This document shows, piece by piece, positions 20,684 to 29,322 of a DNA stretch of 60,918 nt. Every line of letters begins with the position of its first letter. Position 1 is the first letter of the stretch. The notes below the pieces were generated by a model. That model had not been told where the DNA came from. It did no database searches and was given only the letters and a program-made list of their open reading frames with translations. This DNA comes from an uncultured bacterium (GTDB lineage Bacteria; Cyanobacteriota; Vampirovibrionia; Gastranaerophilales; Gastranaerophilaceae): assembly GCA_902796925.1 (NCBI GenBank), contig CADBQW010000052.1, positions 1-60,918 on the forward strand, in the 5' to 3' direction. The position numbers were made by a program, and so were the translations under genes.

Positions 20684-21409
20684 ATGATTATTAAAAAGAA
20701 TATTAATAAAAAAGAAGTCTCAAAGGAAGTACAACAAAAACAATCCCAAAAGGAAGAAGATGTTTCTCAAAAAAAAGGCGAAGCATCAGTTTCACAAGTG
20801 GATTCTATAGACTTATTCAACCTTGATAATATTGATTTTAAACAGCGAGAAGAAAGACGTACCGGCGACAGAAGGCGAGGTTTTAGACGTCTGGATGATA
20901 GAGGTTTAATTTCACGAGCAAGAGAAGAAGCGCTTGCTATTCGTGAATCTGCTGCAAAAGAAGGTTATCAACAGGGGCTCGAAATGGCAAAAGCTGATAT
21001 TGAGGATCTTAAAATATCTATAATTGAATTTATGAATGCAAAACAAAAAGTTTTTGATAAAATTATCCCCAATGTTCTTGAAATAAGTGTTGATATTGCA
21101 AAAAAAATAATTAAAGATGAAATAACAGAAAATCCGGAAGTTATCATCACAAATATAGCGGATATTCTAAAAAATTATTCAAAAGATGAAAGCAGAGTTG
21201 TAATAAAAGTAAATCCTGCTCAGGTCGACCTTTTGAAGCAAGAGATACCGAATGTTTTGAACACAATAGGATCAGATTCTTCGGTGAAGGTGGTAGCTGA
21301 CGAAACTATTATGGAAGGCGGATGTATTGTAACAACAGAAAACGGAGTTATTGATGCAACAATAGAAACGCAATTATCCATAATTAGTGAAGCTTTGAAA
21401 GAGGTATAA
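20684..21409 (+). CDS. fliH: Flagellar assembly protein FliH
   Basis: A charged N-terminus, EGYQQGLEMAKADIEDLK, and a C-terminal GGCIVTTENGVIDATIETQL block typical of FliH/YscL. Confidence 0.8.
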   Translation: MIIKKNINKKEVSKEVQQKQSQKEEDVSQKKGEASVSQVDSIDLFNLDNIDFKQREERRTGDRRRGFRRLDDRGLISRAREEALAIRESAAKEGYQQGLEMAKADIEDLKISIIEFMNAKQKVFDKIIPNVLEISVDIAKKIIKDEITENPEVIITNIADILKNYSKDESRVVIKVNPAQVDLLKQEIPNVLNTIGSDSSVKVVADETIMEGGCIVTTENGVIDATIETQLSIISEALKEV

Positions 21410-23505
21410 TGGCACAAGGAGCTGAAGGCGGAGGAGGAGGAGTTAATTTAAGTGAAATAGCAACCGCGCTATTTGTCTTAACTCTAATTGTCCTTTTATT
21501 ATGTGAACTTCCAAATTGGGTTATAAACGTAAGCATATGTTTTAATATTACACTCGGTGTTATATTGCTTATGATATCTTTGTATGTAAAAAAGACCTTG
21601 GAACTTGCCTCTTTTCCATCAATTCTTCTTATTGGTACAATGTTTAGGCTTGTATTGTCAATTGCTTCAACGAGGTTAATTTTGTCTAAAGGGGAAGCCG
21701 GAGAGGTTATTCATGCATTCGGAACTTTCGTAACCGGTGGAAATATGATTGTCGGCGGCGTAATTTTCTTAATTATTACGGTCGTACAGTTTATGGTTAT
21801 TACAAAAGGCGCAGAACGTATAGCTGAAGTATCTGCTCGTTTTGCTTTAGATGCTATGCCGGGAAAACAAATGACAATTGATGCCGATTTTAATGCAGGT
21901 TTAATTTCTCCTGAAGAAGCTACTAAAAAGCGTGAAGATCTGCAAAGGGAATCAAATCTTTTTGGTAGTATGGATGGTGCGATGAAGTTCGTAAAGGGAG
22001 ATACCATAGCAGGTATAATTATTGTTTTGATTAATATTATTGGCGGGTTATGTATTGGATGCCTTATGAACCAGATGCCGGTTGCTGACGCGGTATCAAA
22101 ATACACGGTCCTGACGATAGGTGATGGTCTTGCTTCCCAAGTTCCTTCGTTACTGATGTCAATTGCCGCAGGTATATTTATGACTCGTTCTTCAGCTGCG
22201 GATTCTCTTGGTATTGATGTAATTTCACAGGTAACAGGCAAACCTAATGCGCTGTTTTTAGCTGCAGGTTTTCTATTGTTCCTTTCGTTTACAGCACCAA
22301 TTACCGGATTACCATTCTTTCCTTTCTTAATTTTCGCGATAGTTCTTGGAGTTGCAGGGTTCTCTCAATTGATTAATGCCGATGTCCAATCTCAATTGAG
22401 CCAATTGGAAGGGGTACGTCAGAACATGCAAGATCTTGTTAACCCGAACAGAATGTATGAGCGACTGGGTGTCGATGTTTTGAGCTTGCAAGTCGGGTCA
22501 AATTTGCTTGTTATTGCGGATCCGGATCAGGAAGGTCAATTACTTGCTAAAATTGCGGCTTTACGTCAGAGGATAACAGACGAACTCGGTTATATTATTC
22601 CAAATATAAGAATTATGGATTCATCCGCGTTAGATGCGAATGAATATATGATATCAATTCGTGGTAATACTGTTGCTACCGGATATGTTTATCCGGGAAA
22701 ATTTATGGTCATTGCTGACCAATGGGATGCAACAGGCAAAGAGGTCCCTCAAGATGCGATAATCGGTATAGATCCAACTTATCAAACTCAAGCTTATTGG
22801 ATAGGTCCGGAAGATGCACGTGCCTCAAGAACAGTTACGGCGGTTGATCCTACAGATGTTATCGTTACCCATCTGCAAGAGTGTGTGAGGAAGCATGTTG
22901 ATGAGGTTATGACAAAAACAGATGTTCTAAAATTGATGGAACTTGTTCGTTCTCAAGATCCGACTCTTGTCAACGACCTTGTACCTACGATTATTTCAAC
23001 AAGTGATTTGAGAAAAATTTTTGTTAACCTTATAAGAGAAAAAGTTTCTATAAAGGATATTATATTCATATTTGAAAGACTGTGTGATTATGCAAGATTT
23101 TCAAAAGAACCGGATATTTTATCAGAAAGACTTCGCGCTGCTTTGGGCCGGCAAATATGCCTTGCAAACGTTAAAGATGACAATGTTTTGTATGCGCTGA
23201 CACTGTCACCAGAGTGGGAAAAAACGCTTGACGACAGTTGTCAAAGAACGGAACTTGGTACGATGTTTTTGCTTAATCCTATGCAAGTTCAAGAACTTAT
23301 AGAATCAACAGCCACAACACTAATGCGAGCACATCAGGCTTGTGGTGAACAACCGGTTGTTTTATGTTCTCCAAGGATAAGACTACCGCTTTTCCAACTT
23401 CTTGAACGCCATATTCCAACTATTGTTGTAATTTCTTATTCGGAACTTATCACGGATATAAAAGTTGAGGCCGTTGATACTGTTGGTGAAGCCTATGCTG
23501 AATAA
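21409..23505 (+). CDS. flhA: Flagellar biosynthesis (type III export gate) protein FlhA
   Basis: 698 aa in the FHIPEP family: [41 protein letters not shown]... and a large cytoplasmic C-domain. Its start overlaps the fliH stop (TAATG). Confidence 0.95.
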   Translation: MAQGAEGGGGGVNLSEIATALFVLTLIVLLLCELPNWVINVSICFNITLGVILLMISLYVKKTLELASFPSILLIGTMFRLVLSIASTRLILSKGEAGEVIHAFGTFVTGGNMIVGGVIFLIITVVQFMVITKGAERIAEVSARFALDAMPGKQMTIDADFNAGLISPEEATKKREDLQRESNLFGSMDGAMKFVKGDTIAGIIIVLINIIGGLCIGCLMNQMPVADAVSKYTVLTIGDGLASQVPSLLMSIAAGIFMTRSSAADSLGIDVISQVTGKPNALFLAAGFLLFLSFTAPITGLPFFPFLIFAIVLGVAGFSQLINADVQSQLSQLEGVRQNMQDLVNPNRMYERLGVDVLSLQVGSNLLVIADPDQEGQLLAKIAALRQRITDELGYIIPNIRIMDSSALDANEYMISIRGNTVATGYVYPGKFMVIADQWDATGKEVPQDAIIGIDPTYQTQAYWIGPEDARASRTVTAVDPTDVIVTHLQECVRKHVDEVMTKTDVLKLMELVRSQDPTLVNDLVPTIISTSDLRKIFVNLIREKVSIKDIIFIFERLCDYARFSKEPDILSERLRAALGRQICLANVKDDNVLYALTLSPEWEKTLDDSCQRTELGTMFLLNPMQVQELIESTATTLMRAHQACGEQPVVLCSPRIRLPLFQLLERHIPTIVVISYSELITDIKVEAVDTVGEAYAE

Positions 23506-23716
23506 TTTTATTAAAACCCTTATTATTTTACCTATTAAATTATATCAGCAATTTTCAAAATTAACTCCTCCGGTTTGCAGGTTCACCCCAACGTGCTCCG
23601 AATATATGATTCAGGCAATAGAAAAATACGGGGTAATAAAAGGCGGTTGGCTCGGAATAAAGAGAATTTTTCGGTGCCACCCGGGAAATCCCGGTGGGTA
23701 CGACCCCGTTCCTTAA
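23495..23716 (+). CDS. yidD: Membrane protein insertion efficiency factor YidD
   Basis: [55 protein letters not shown] is the YidD signature. The ATG at 23495 overlaps the flhA 3' end by 11 nt. Confidence 0.9.
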   Translation: MLNNFIKTLIILPIKLYQQFSKLTPPVCRFTPTCSEYMIQAIEKYGVIKGGWLGIKRIFRCHPGNPGGYDPVP

Positions 23717-23944
23717 TTATTTGAACACTATAGCGTCGTAAATTTTATCTATTTTATCTTGCATATCTGAAAATTGTTCTTTTAAATCCTTGAAACTGTT
23801 TAGTGTTACAAAGCGATTTTGAATGTCGTTTAATATTTCACGATGTTTTTTCTCAAGCTGTTCGGGGGTAACAAATACTCTTTGTTGAATAAAAAATATC
23901 ATAACAACAATTAAAATAGGTGAATAGTCTAAAAAGTGTTCCAT
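23717..23944 (-). CDS. Small membrane-anchored coiled-coil protein, unknown function
   Basis: 75 aa with a strong AAGGAG Shine-Dalgarno sequence 7 nt upstream, one N-terminal TM (ILIVVMIFFI) and a charged helical tail. Its stop abuts the yidD stop. Confidence 0.6.
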   Translation of the reverse strand: MEHFLDYSPILIVVMIFFIQQRVFVTPEQLEKKHREILNDIQNRFVTLNSFKDLKEQFSDMQDKIDKIYDAIVFK

Positions 23945-23982
23945 TTTTTCTCCTTTTGGTGATTAAAATTATAAAATTGCAG

Positions 23983-24184
23983 AATAAGTTGATATAGAGT
24001 GATTTTAGAGGAATATCCATTGCGAAATGTAACAATTTCTTAATAAAGGGTTGACCCGCGGGGGGGGGGGGGTGGTGACGTATAATAGAGGTAGGTCCGC
24101 CACGCAGGGCGGGGAATTCGAGGATTTCAAATAGTTGAAAAATGAGGTTAAAATGACGGGATAATTGATTGAAATAAGTTGATA
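23983..24184. repeat. 12-bp direct repeat AATAAGTTGATA (23983-23994 and 24173-24184) bracketing a GC-rich island
   Basis: Read directly from the sequence. The two copies are exact and lie 190 bp apart. A related ATAGTTGAAA occurs at 24131-24140. Confidence 0.8.
24060..24072. repeat. Homopolymeric G13 tract
   Basis: 13 consecutive G, flanked by TTGACC (24051-24056) and TATAAT (24081-24086). Confidence 0.95.
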
Positions 24185-24288
24185 AAAGGCCATAAGGCAT
24201 TAGGGCAATAAGAGGGGAATGTCCCTTATCCTTGCCACGGTGTGTCATTCTATGCAAATAAATTAAGCAAAATTTCGCCAAAACACAA

Positions 24289-25578
24289 TCACAATTTTAT
24301 CGGCCAGTAAAAATCAACCAGGTACGATGCTGCATCAAGCGGGTGCATCAAAAATTTCTTTTCCTTATTTTGTTTGATTTGCTGATAGCTCGGTAAATCA
24401 ATCTTCGAGGTGCCTTCTATATAACACAAATTGTAAATATTATATAAAAGTTTTTCACATTTTTTGTCAATAAAAATATTAGATTCACCATCGGCATTTT
24501 TAATTTTCGCATTAAAGGCTGCTATTCGGTTTTTTATAGGCGGGTTAAAAGGTTTTATTTGGATTTCCGCATCATAACCATATTCGAGCAATTTTTTCTT
24601 TATAATAACATAATTTGTGTACTCACTCATGCAAGAACGATTGTCTCCTGAGGCATCACCGTTTATGATAATTTTACCTTTGTGGGCCGGGTATCGCCGG
24701 AGAAATTCTTCACAAGCTCGTGATGTCGTCGTATTTTCCATGGCAATTTCGTCAAAGTAAAATACTTTATCTTCGCTTTTATGCGCAAAAATCCAGCACA
24801 TAGGATCAACGTTAAAATCGCAGGTTATATGCAAATCAAATAGAGGATTGTATTTTATGTCCAGAATATTTTTGTCTGAAAAATCCTTTATAACAAGCCC
24901 TTTATCGTAAGTCCCATTTTGAGCTAAAACATAAACACGATAGTATTCTTCGTCATATAATTTTTTCAATTCATCACAATAATCTTTTGGTAAGTAAATG
25001 TTTTGGGTCGTTGGAGCGGAAATTAGCCGGTAATTGGGTGGCGGATTATTAACAAAAGTCTCATAAATCCATCCCCTATTAAATTCCGGGTTGGTATGTG
25101 CAAAAATTCTATATGTAAAATTTTTCCACTCTTTTCTTATTCTCTGCCGCATACGGCTCAAAAGCATTTTGAAAGTTTCATATGGAACTTCGGACATCTC
25201 CTCAATTTCTACAAACCCAAGATTTAGTGATTTCAATTTGTTAGGTTCATCAAAATGACGAAAAAGAATCTCAGATCCGTTTTTAAACGTAATTTTTTGC
25301 AGAGTTGACGACCACTCGTAATCTTCATCGGCCACAAACCCCATATTATCAAAATGTTCAAAATAAGTTTGTAGGGTTGTATCTCTAACTAGGGTGTAGG
25401 TTTGTGCGCCTACAAGTCCGCGAATTTTTGGGAATTTCAGTGCCAGTAATATTCCCAACAAAGAGCCTGAAAATGTCTTTCCGCTACCATAACCGCCTTG
25501 ATACACGGCTACATCCAGTGAATAATTGTGAGGAATTTCTAAAAATTCTTTTTGTGATTTAAGTAATTTATATTTCAT
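24289..25578 (-). CDS. terL: Phage terminase large subunit
   Basis: 429 aa with a Walker A motif VYQGGYGSGKTFSG, a Walker B-like GFVEIEEM, and a C-terminal RNase-H-like nuclease region (CDFNVDP...INGDASG). Confidence 0.85.
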   Translation of the reverse strand: MKYKLLKSQKEFLEIPHNYSLDVAVYQGGYGSGKTFSGSLLGILLALKFPKIRGLVGAQTYTLVRDTTLQTYFEHFDNMGFVADEDYEWSSTLQKITFKNGSEILFRHFDEPNKLKSLNLGFVEIEEMSEVPYETFKMLLSRMRQRIRKEWKNFTYRIFAHTNPEFNRGWIYETFVNNPPPNYRLISAPTTQNIYLPKDYCDELKKLYDEEYYRVYVLAQNGTYDKGLVIKDFSDKNILDIKYNPLFDLHITCDFNVDPMCWIFAHKSEDKVFYFDEIAMENTTTSRACEEFLRRYPAHKGKIIINGDASGDNRSCMSEYTNYVIIKKKLLEYGYDAEIQIKPFNPPIKNRIAAFNAKIKNADGESNIFIDKKCEKLLYNIYNLCYIEGTSKIDLPSYQQIKQNKEKKFLMHPLDAASYLVDFYWPIKL

Positions 25579-25605
25579 AATTAATTCAGTTTCTGATTTG
25601 TCGAG

Positions 25606-25632
25606 TTTTGGCCCGTCATTGACGGGCCAAAA
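25606..25632. other. GC-rich 12-bp perfect hairpin between the portal and terL genes
   Basis: TTTTGGCCCGTC-ATT-GACGGGCCAAAA. No U-tract follows it on either strand. Confidence 0.7.
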
Positions 25633-25668
25633 TGACTGATGAATAAGATATTTTGTACTAATTGAACT

Positions 25669-27342
25669 TTAACTTTGTGTATTTTCATTTGTTACTTTTG
25701 GATCTTCTACATTCTCCTTTTGAACAATAAAATTATTTACGTTTTCTATCCCGTATTGTTCAAGTGCGTATTTAAAACATTCCATCCAGTCAATATTTTC
25801 CGCAACAGAAGGGAGTTCGACAAATGAACGAATAATGTCAAAAAGTTCTTTCATTATTGCTTTTCTTGAAATACTGGCTTTTCTGTCTCCGTACCTGTAT
25901 ATGTAGTCAGAATTTCTTATTACGTCTGTTATTTCAACATAAACAGGTGTGCCATTTTCATATGCCATAATGAATTCTGATCCTATCTTGAAGTCAGAAA
26001 TTATTTCTGCAGTTTTTTCTACAATAGGTATAATTATTTTCTTACTGATATTATCAAGCAGCATATTTAATCTTGCTTCTTGACCGCTTGCTGAATAGTT
26101 TAATTCGGTTGCGGTACGCTCATAAGATTGAATGTTCCCGGCCATATTTTTGAAAATACCGGTTGCACTTTCGATAGTCGATTTGAAATAGTTTAAGAAA
26201 TCCCAACCTACCATTGCTTTATCAAAATTCAAAGGAGTTGGAGCCTGAGGCATAAGAGCAGAATCGTATTCTATAATTTTTCCGGGTTTTACAAGTTGTT
26301 CACCTTTAAAACATCCTTTTGGCGCGAGATATGGCGGGTTCATCATCAACGCAAGTGCATCTATTTGCTTATTCAAAATAGTTGATGAAAGATTGTTTAA
26401 TATAAGTGCAACTCTCAAAGGTGAAATTCCGCGTTTTGTTGACGGATTTTCAATTATGTTTGCGTGGATAAAAGGGTTTATTACATAAGGGTTTTCTTCT
26501 AAACGAATGATTTCTTTTCTTCCCGCAAATACGACAAGACGGTTTTTCAATAAGGTTCCGTCTGAAAGTTCAATATCTCCCCAAAATTCAATTACTTCAA
26601 TTTTTCCGTTGTTGTCTTTTAATTTGTTATTAGCCACCACTCCTTTCAAGGTTTCCAATTTTTCTTGTGTAAGCATATTATTAGCTTTGTCAGATATAAT
26701 ATCATCTATTGTTAAGTAGGTTCTGTAAAATTTTTTACAGCTGTCCCAAGAATCGAAATTATCTTTGTCAAAAACAAAATTCTCTGGAGAAATGAATCTG
26801 ACTTTAGGGTTGTCATAAACAACCTTTTCTTCAATAACAAAGTTTGTGTCTGGATAAAGAATTTGTTCACGAGTTGTTTTTGCTCGACGTTTCTGCTTAA
26901 CTTTTGTTTCCCAACCTACAAAAAGTGTAGCTTCGCCGGTCTCTACAACACCTGTTAAAACTTTATCAAGCTCACTTTCAAGATCCATTTTCTCAAAAAG
27001 ATCAACCAGCATAGCTTTTTGCCTGTTTGCATATTCTTGGGATTCCTTCGTTGCACCTGAGACATCAAACATTGCCTCAGGGTTCGAATATAAATTTTCT
27101 GACAAATGCGACTTTAATGTTTGGGAAAGCTCATAAATTTCAGGAAGTTCAATACCGCTTTTCCAACCGTCACGGCCTGGCAGATTGGTATTATAAATTG
27201 CATCTTGGATAATTTTGATATCGTTTAACTGTGATACCCTATCATCATTAAATTTGTCGAACATTTTGGTAAGTTGGGAAACAAGAGTTGTTTCCTCCAG
27301 GGTGTTCAATTTTGTTGTTGAATTTGTGATTTCAATTTTCAT
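25669..27342 (-). CDS. Phage portal protein (putative)
   Basis: About 557 aa, with size and position adjacent to terL. The start is set at the ATG at 27342, preceded by the AAGAAAGGAAAAAC ribosome-binding motif shared with other genes of the cluster. The track start at 27408 lacks one. The family call rests on context and general resemblance only. Confidence 0.6.
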   Translation of the reverse strand: MKIEITNSTTKLNTLEETTLVSQLTKMFDKFNDDRVSQLNDIKIIQDAIYNTNLPGRDGWKSGIELPEIYELSQTLKSHLSENLYSNPEAMFDVSGATKESQEYANRQKAMLVDLFEKMDLESELDKVLTGVVETGEATLFVGWETKVKQKRRAKTTREQILYPDTNFVIEEKVVYDNPKVRFISPENFVFDKDNFDSWDSCKKFYRTYLTIDDIISDKANNMLTQEKLETLKGVVANNKLKDNNGKIEVIEFWGDIELSDGTLLKNRLVVFAGRKEIIRLEENPYVINPFIHANIIENPSTKRGISPLRVALILNNLSSTILNKQIDALALMMNPPYLAPKGCFKGEQLVKPGKIIEYDSALMPQAPTPLNFDKAMVGWDFLNYFKSTIESATGIFKNMAGNIQSYERTATELNYSASGQEARLNMLLDNISKKIIIPIVEKTAEIISDFKIGSEFIMAYENGTPVYVEITDVIRNSDYIYRYGDRKASISRKAIMKELFDIIRSFVELPSVAENIDWMECFKYALEQYGIENVNNFIVQKENVEDPKVTNENTQS

Positions 27343-27472
27343 AGTTTTTCCTTTCTTTATTTGTAAACTGTAATTTGCCACATGAAAATGAGGCTGATGA
27401 ATTGGCATTTAATTCACCGGCCATCCTGTTTATTTTTTAAGAATTTATGTTAACCTTTAATTTACTATTTTC

Positions 27473-27546
27473 TTATTTACTTCTGTAATAACCTTTGACT
27501 TCAGTCCCCTCTGATCGCGTGTAGGAATGTACATAAATTACACCAT
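27473..27546. repeat. 74-bp direct repeat, copy 1 (3' end of the GH108 gene)
   Basis: 73 of 74 positions are identical to 29126-29199. The single difference is CCCCTCTG versus CCCATCTG. Confidence 0.95.
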
Positions 27547-28498
27547 CACCAGTTGTCGCAGCATGTTTAAGCTCGCGTTCTCTTGGAATTCCTATAGAAG
27601 AATTCATCTGAGCAAAAATCTCTTTTTCTTTAGAATTATATTCATCAGGTTTCATTGAACCTATTTCTTCACGGGTAAAAATTTTATTATCACCGGAAAT
27701 CGGATTTGTATAATTGCCAAAATTTTTTGATTCTTGCTCCTTTGGAACAATTTGACCTTCTTTTAACTGTTTGAATATTTCATCTTCATTTAATAAAAAT
27801 TCCTCTGTTGTCATATTCCCAATTTCATCAACGGTGAAGGGAAAATTTGTATTTTCTACAGAAGAAGCTTCTCCTGTTGTAATGTTGGATTTGTTTAACA
27901 GATATTGATATTTGTTTTTTTTATTTTTCATATCAGTGCTATTAGTATTGTCAATTTTTTTTAATACTCCTTTATAATCTTTATCGAAAGGGGTAATATT
28001 ATTGCTATAGGGCGGTATATAGATTCTTTGATTTACTATTTCATTCATATTAGACTCTACATCATTTAATCGATTTATCCATCCATCTTGAAATACCTTC
28101 TGTGAAGGATCTTTTTTAATTATATCACTATAATATAGCCTTCTATTCTCTAAAAAATCATAAATATTTCCGCCAGATTGTTCAAACAACTTTTTTGCAG
28201 TACTTGGACCGCTATTAACTGCGGTGTCAAATAAAATGTATCCTTCACGTAAATCTTCCTTGTTGGAGGCTCCGGAAGGTTTCCAAAATTCTTCGTAGTA
28301 CAATTTTTTTGCTTCATCTTTTGTTAAGTTTTTAACATCATTTTCACTTAACCCATTCTTTTTCCTCCAGGAATTATATGTTGATTGTGTAACACCATAA
28401 TTAGTGCTGCCACCTTTATCATATTTATTATTACTATAACCACCTTCTGAATTAAAAATATAATTTATTACAGTTTCAAATTTTTCATCAAATTTCAT
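27473..28498 (-). CDS. GH108-family muramidase with a peptidoglycan-binding region and a C-terminal extension carrying two scaffold-like motifs
   Basis: SEGGYSNNKYDKGGSTNYGVTQSTY (the Glyco_hydro_108 signature) and YYEEFWKP...ILFDTAVNSGPSTAKKL (PG_binding_3-like). C-terminal repeats FTVDEIGNMTTEEF... and FTREEIGSMKPDEY... follow. Confidence 0.75.
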   Translation of the reverse strand: MKFDEKFETVINYIFNSEGGYSNNKYDKGGSTNYGVTQSTYNSWRKKNGLSENDVKNLTKDEAKKLYYEEFWKPSGASNKEDLREGYILFDTAVNSGPSTAKKLFEQSGGNIYDFLENRRLYYSDIIKKDPSQKVFQDGWINRLNDVESNMNEIVNQRIYIPPYSNNITPFDKDYKGVLKKIDNTNSTDMKNKKNKYQYLLNKSNITTGEASSVENTNFPFTVDEIGNMTTEEFLLNEDEIFKQLKEGQIVPKEQESKNFGNYTNPISGDNKIFTREEIGSMKPDEYNSKEKEIFAQMNSSIGIPRERELKHAATTGDGVIYVHSYTRSEGTEVKGYYRSK

Positions 28499-28550
28499 GT
28501 GTTTACTCCTATATAACTACTACAAAACTAATAATTATTACAGGTAAAAC

Positions 28551-29054
28551 TTAATTTTTTGATAAGAAAAAATACAAAGCTTCTAATTCTTGAGAGCGTA
28601 TTTTCAGTATATTAGCTTTAGATGCATCTGTAATATTTCTGTGTATTGTGCCTTCTTTTTTTCCCAGGGTTTTGTCAAGTAATATCCACTGAACATTCTT
28701 ATACTCCAACCATTTTTTTTGGCTTTGATTTAACAGTAGATATTGGTCATAATCTAATATATTTTTTAAATATAAAATATACTGTTCAATCTTAAGGTTC
28801 CAATCATTGTAAGAATTTTGAACACATTTGCTCATAGCAGTTGTGGAATAATCTTTTTCAATGCATTTTTTAACTTTGACTTCAATAAGATCTATTTCTG
28901 AAACGCTATTAGTATCTTTTGTCTTATTATTTAATTCTGTTATAATATTTTCTAATTGTTTAATTTGATGTTTGCATTTAATTAAATTAATTGTATTTAA
29001 AGATAATAGAAAACATAGAAATATAAAGATAGTATAAATAAAAATTTTATTCAT
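28551..29054 (-). CDS. DUF1311/LprI-like (lysozyme-inhibitor-like) exported protein
   Basis: An N-terminal hydrophobic signal or anchor, then QKKWLEYKN...ILKIRSQELEALY, which resembles the DUF1311 helical domain. The resemblance is moderate. Confidence 0.45.
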   Translation of the reverse strand: MNKIFIYTIFIFLCFLLSLNTINLIKCKHQIKQLENIITELNNKTKDTNSVSEIDLIEVKVKKCIEKDYSTTAMSKCVQNSYNDWNLKIEQYILYLKNILDYDQYLLLNQSQKKWLEYKNVQWILLDKTLGKKEGTIHRNITDASKANILKIRSQELEALYFFLSKN

Positions 29055-29125
29055 AGACTCATTTTACCTGTAAATAAAAAATTTTCAATTACATAATAAA
29101 GCTCCTTTCTTAGTTTATAAATATT

Positions 29126-29199
29126 TTATTTACTTCTGTAATAACCTTTGACTTCAGTCCCATCTGATCGCGTGTAGGAATGTACATAAATTACACCAT
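29126..29199. repeat. 74-bp direct repeat, copy 2
   Basis: See copy 1. In one minus-strand frame it encodes GVIYVHSYTRSDGTEVKGYYRSK followed by a stop. Confidence 0.95.
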
Positions 29200-29262
29200 A
29201 TGATAAATGTTTCTTGACATAATTTGCATTTCATTTTCACGTTCATAATTTTTTTGTTTCAT
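29126..29262 (-). pseudogene. Gene remnant: intact start region (MKQKNYERENEMQIMSRNIYHMV, then stop) out of frame with a conserved C-terminal tail
   Basis: The ATG at 29262 carries the AAAGAAAGGAAAAATTTT ribosome-binding motif typical of this cluster. The 23-codon ORF stops inside the repeat. The conserved tail frame has no start codon. Confidence 0.5.
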
Positions 29263-29322
29263 AAAATTTTTCCTTTCTTTTTATTATTAAATATTATGAA
29301 TGGGTGATGCGAATAGGAATAT

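Noticed and set aside
24051-24086. TTGACC ... TATAAT as a currently active sigma-70 promoter
   Set aside because: The spacer is 24 nt, against an optimum of 17, and there is no alternative -35 at the right distance. I report it only as a possible phase-variable or cryptic element, not as a functional promoter feature.
23853-24281. A 142-aa minus-strand ORF, and the nested 62-aa ORF at 24005-24193, spanning the GC-rich island
   Set aside because: The ORF overlaps the well-supported 75-aa gene, which has a strong Shine-Dalgarno sequence. Its PPPP run is only the translation of the G13 tract. It has no ribosome-binding site and a composition atypical for coding sequence. I treat it as a spurious ORF over non-coding DNA.
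29126-29262. Programmed ribosomal frameshift joining the 23-codon ORF to the conserved basic tail
   Set aside because: There is no slippery heptamer or downstream structure at the junction. The 74-bp duplication and a second dead start nearby explain the arrangement better as a recombination scar.
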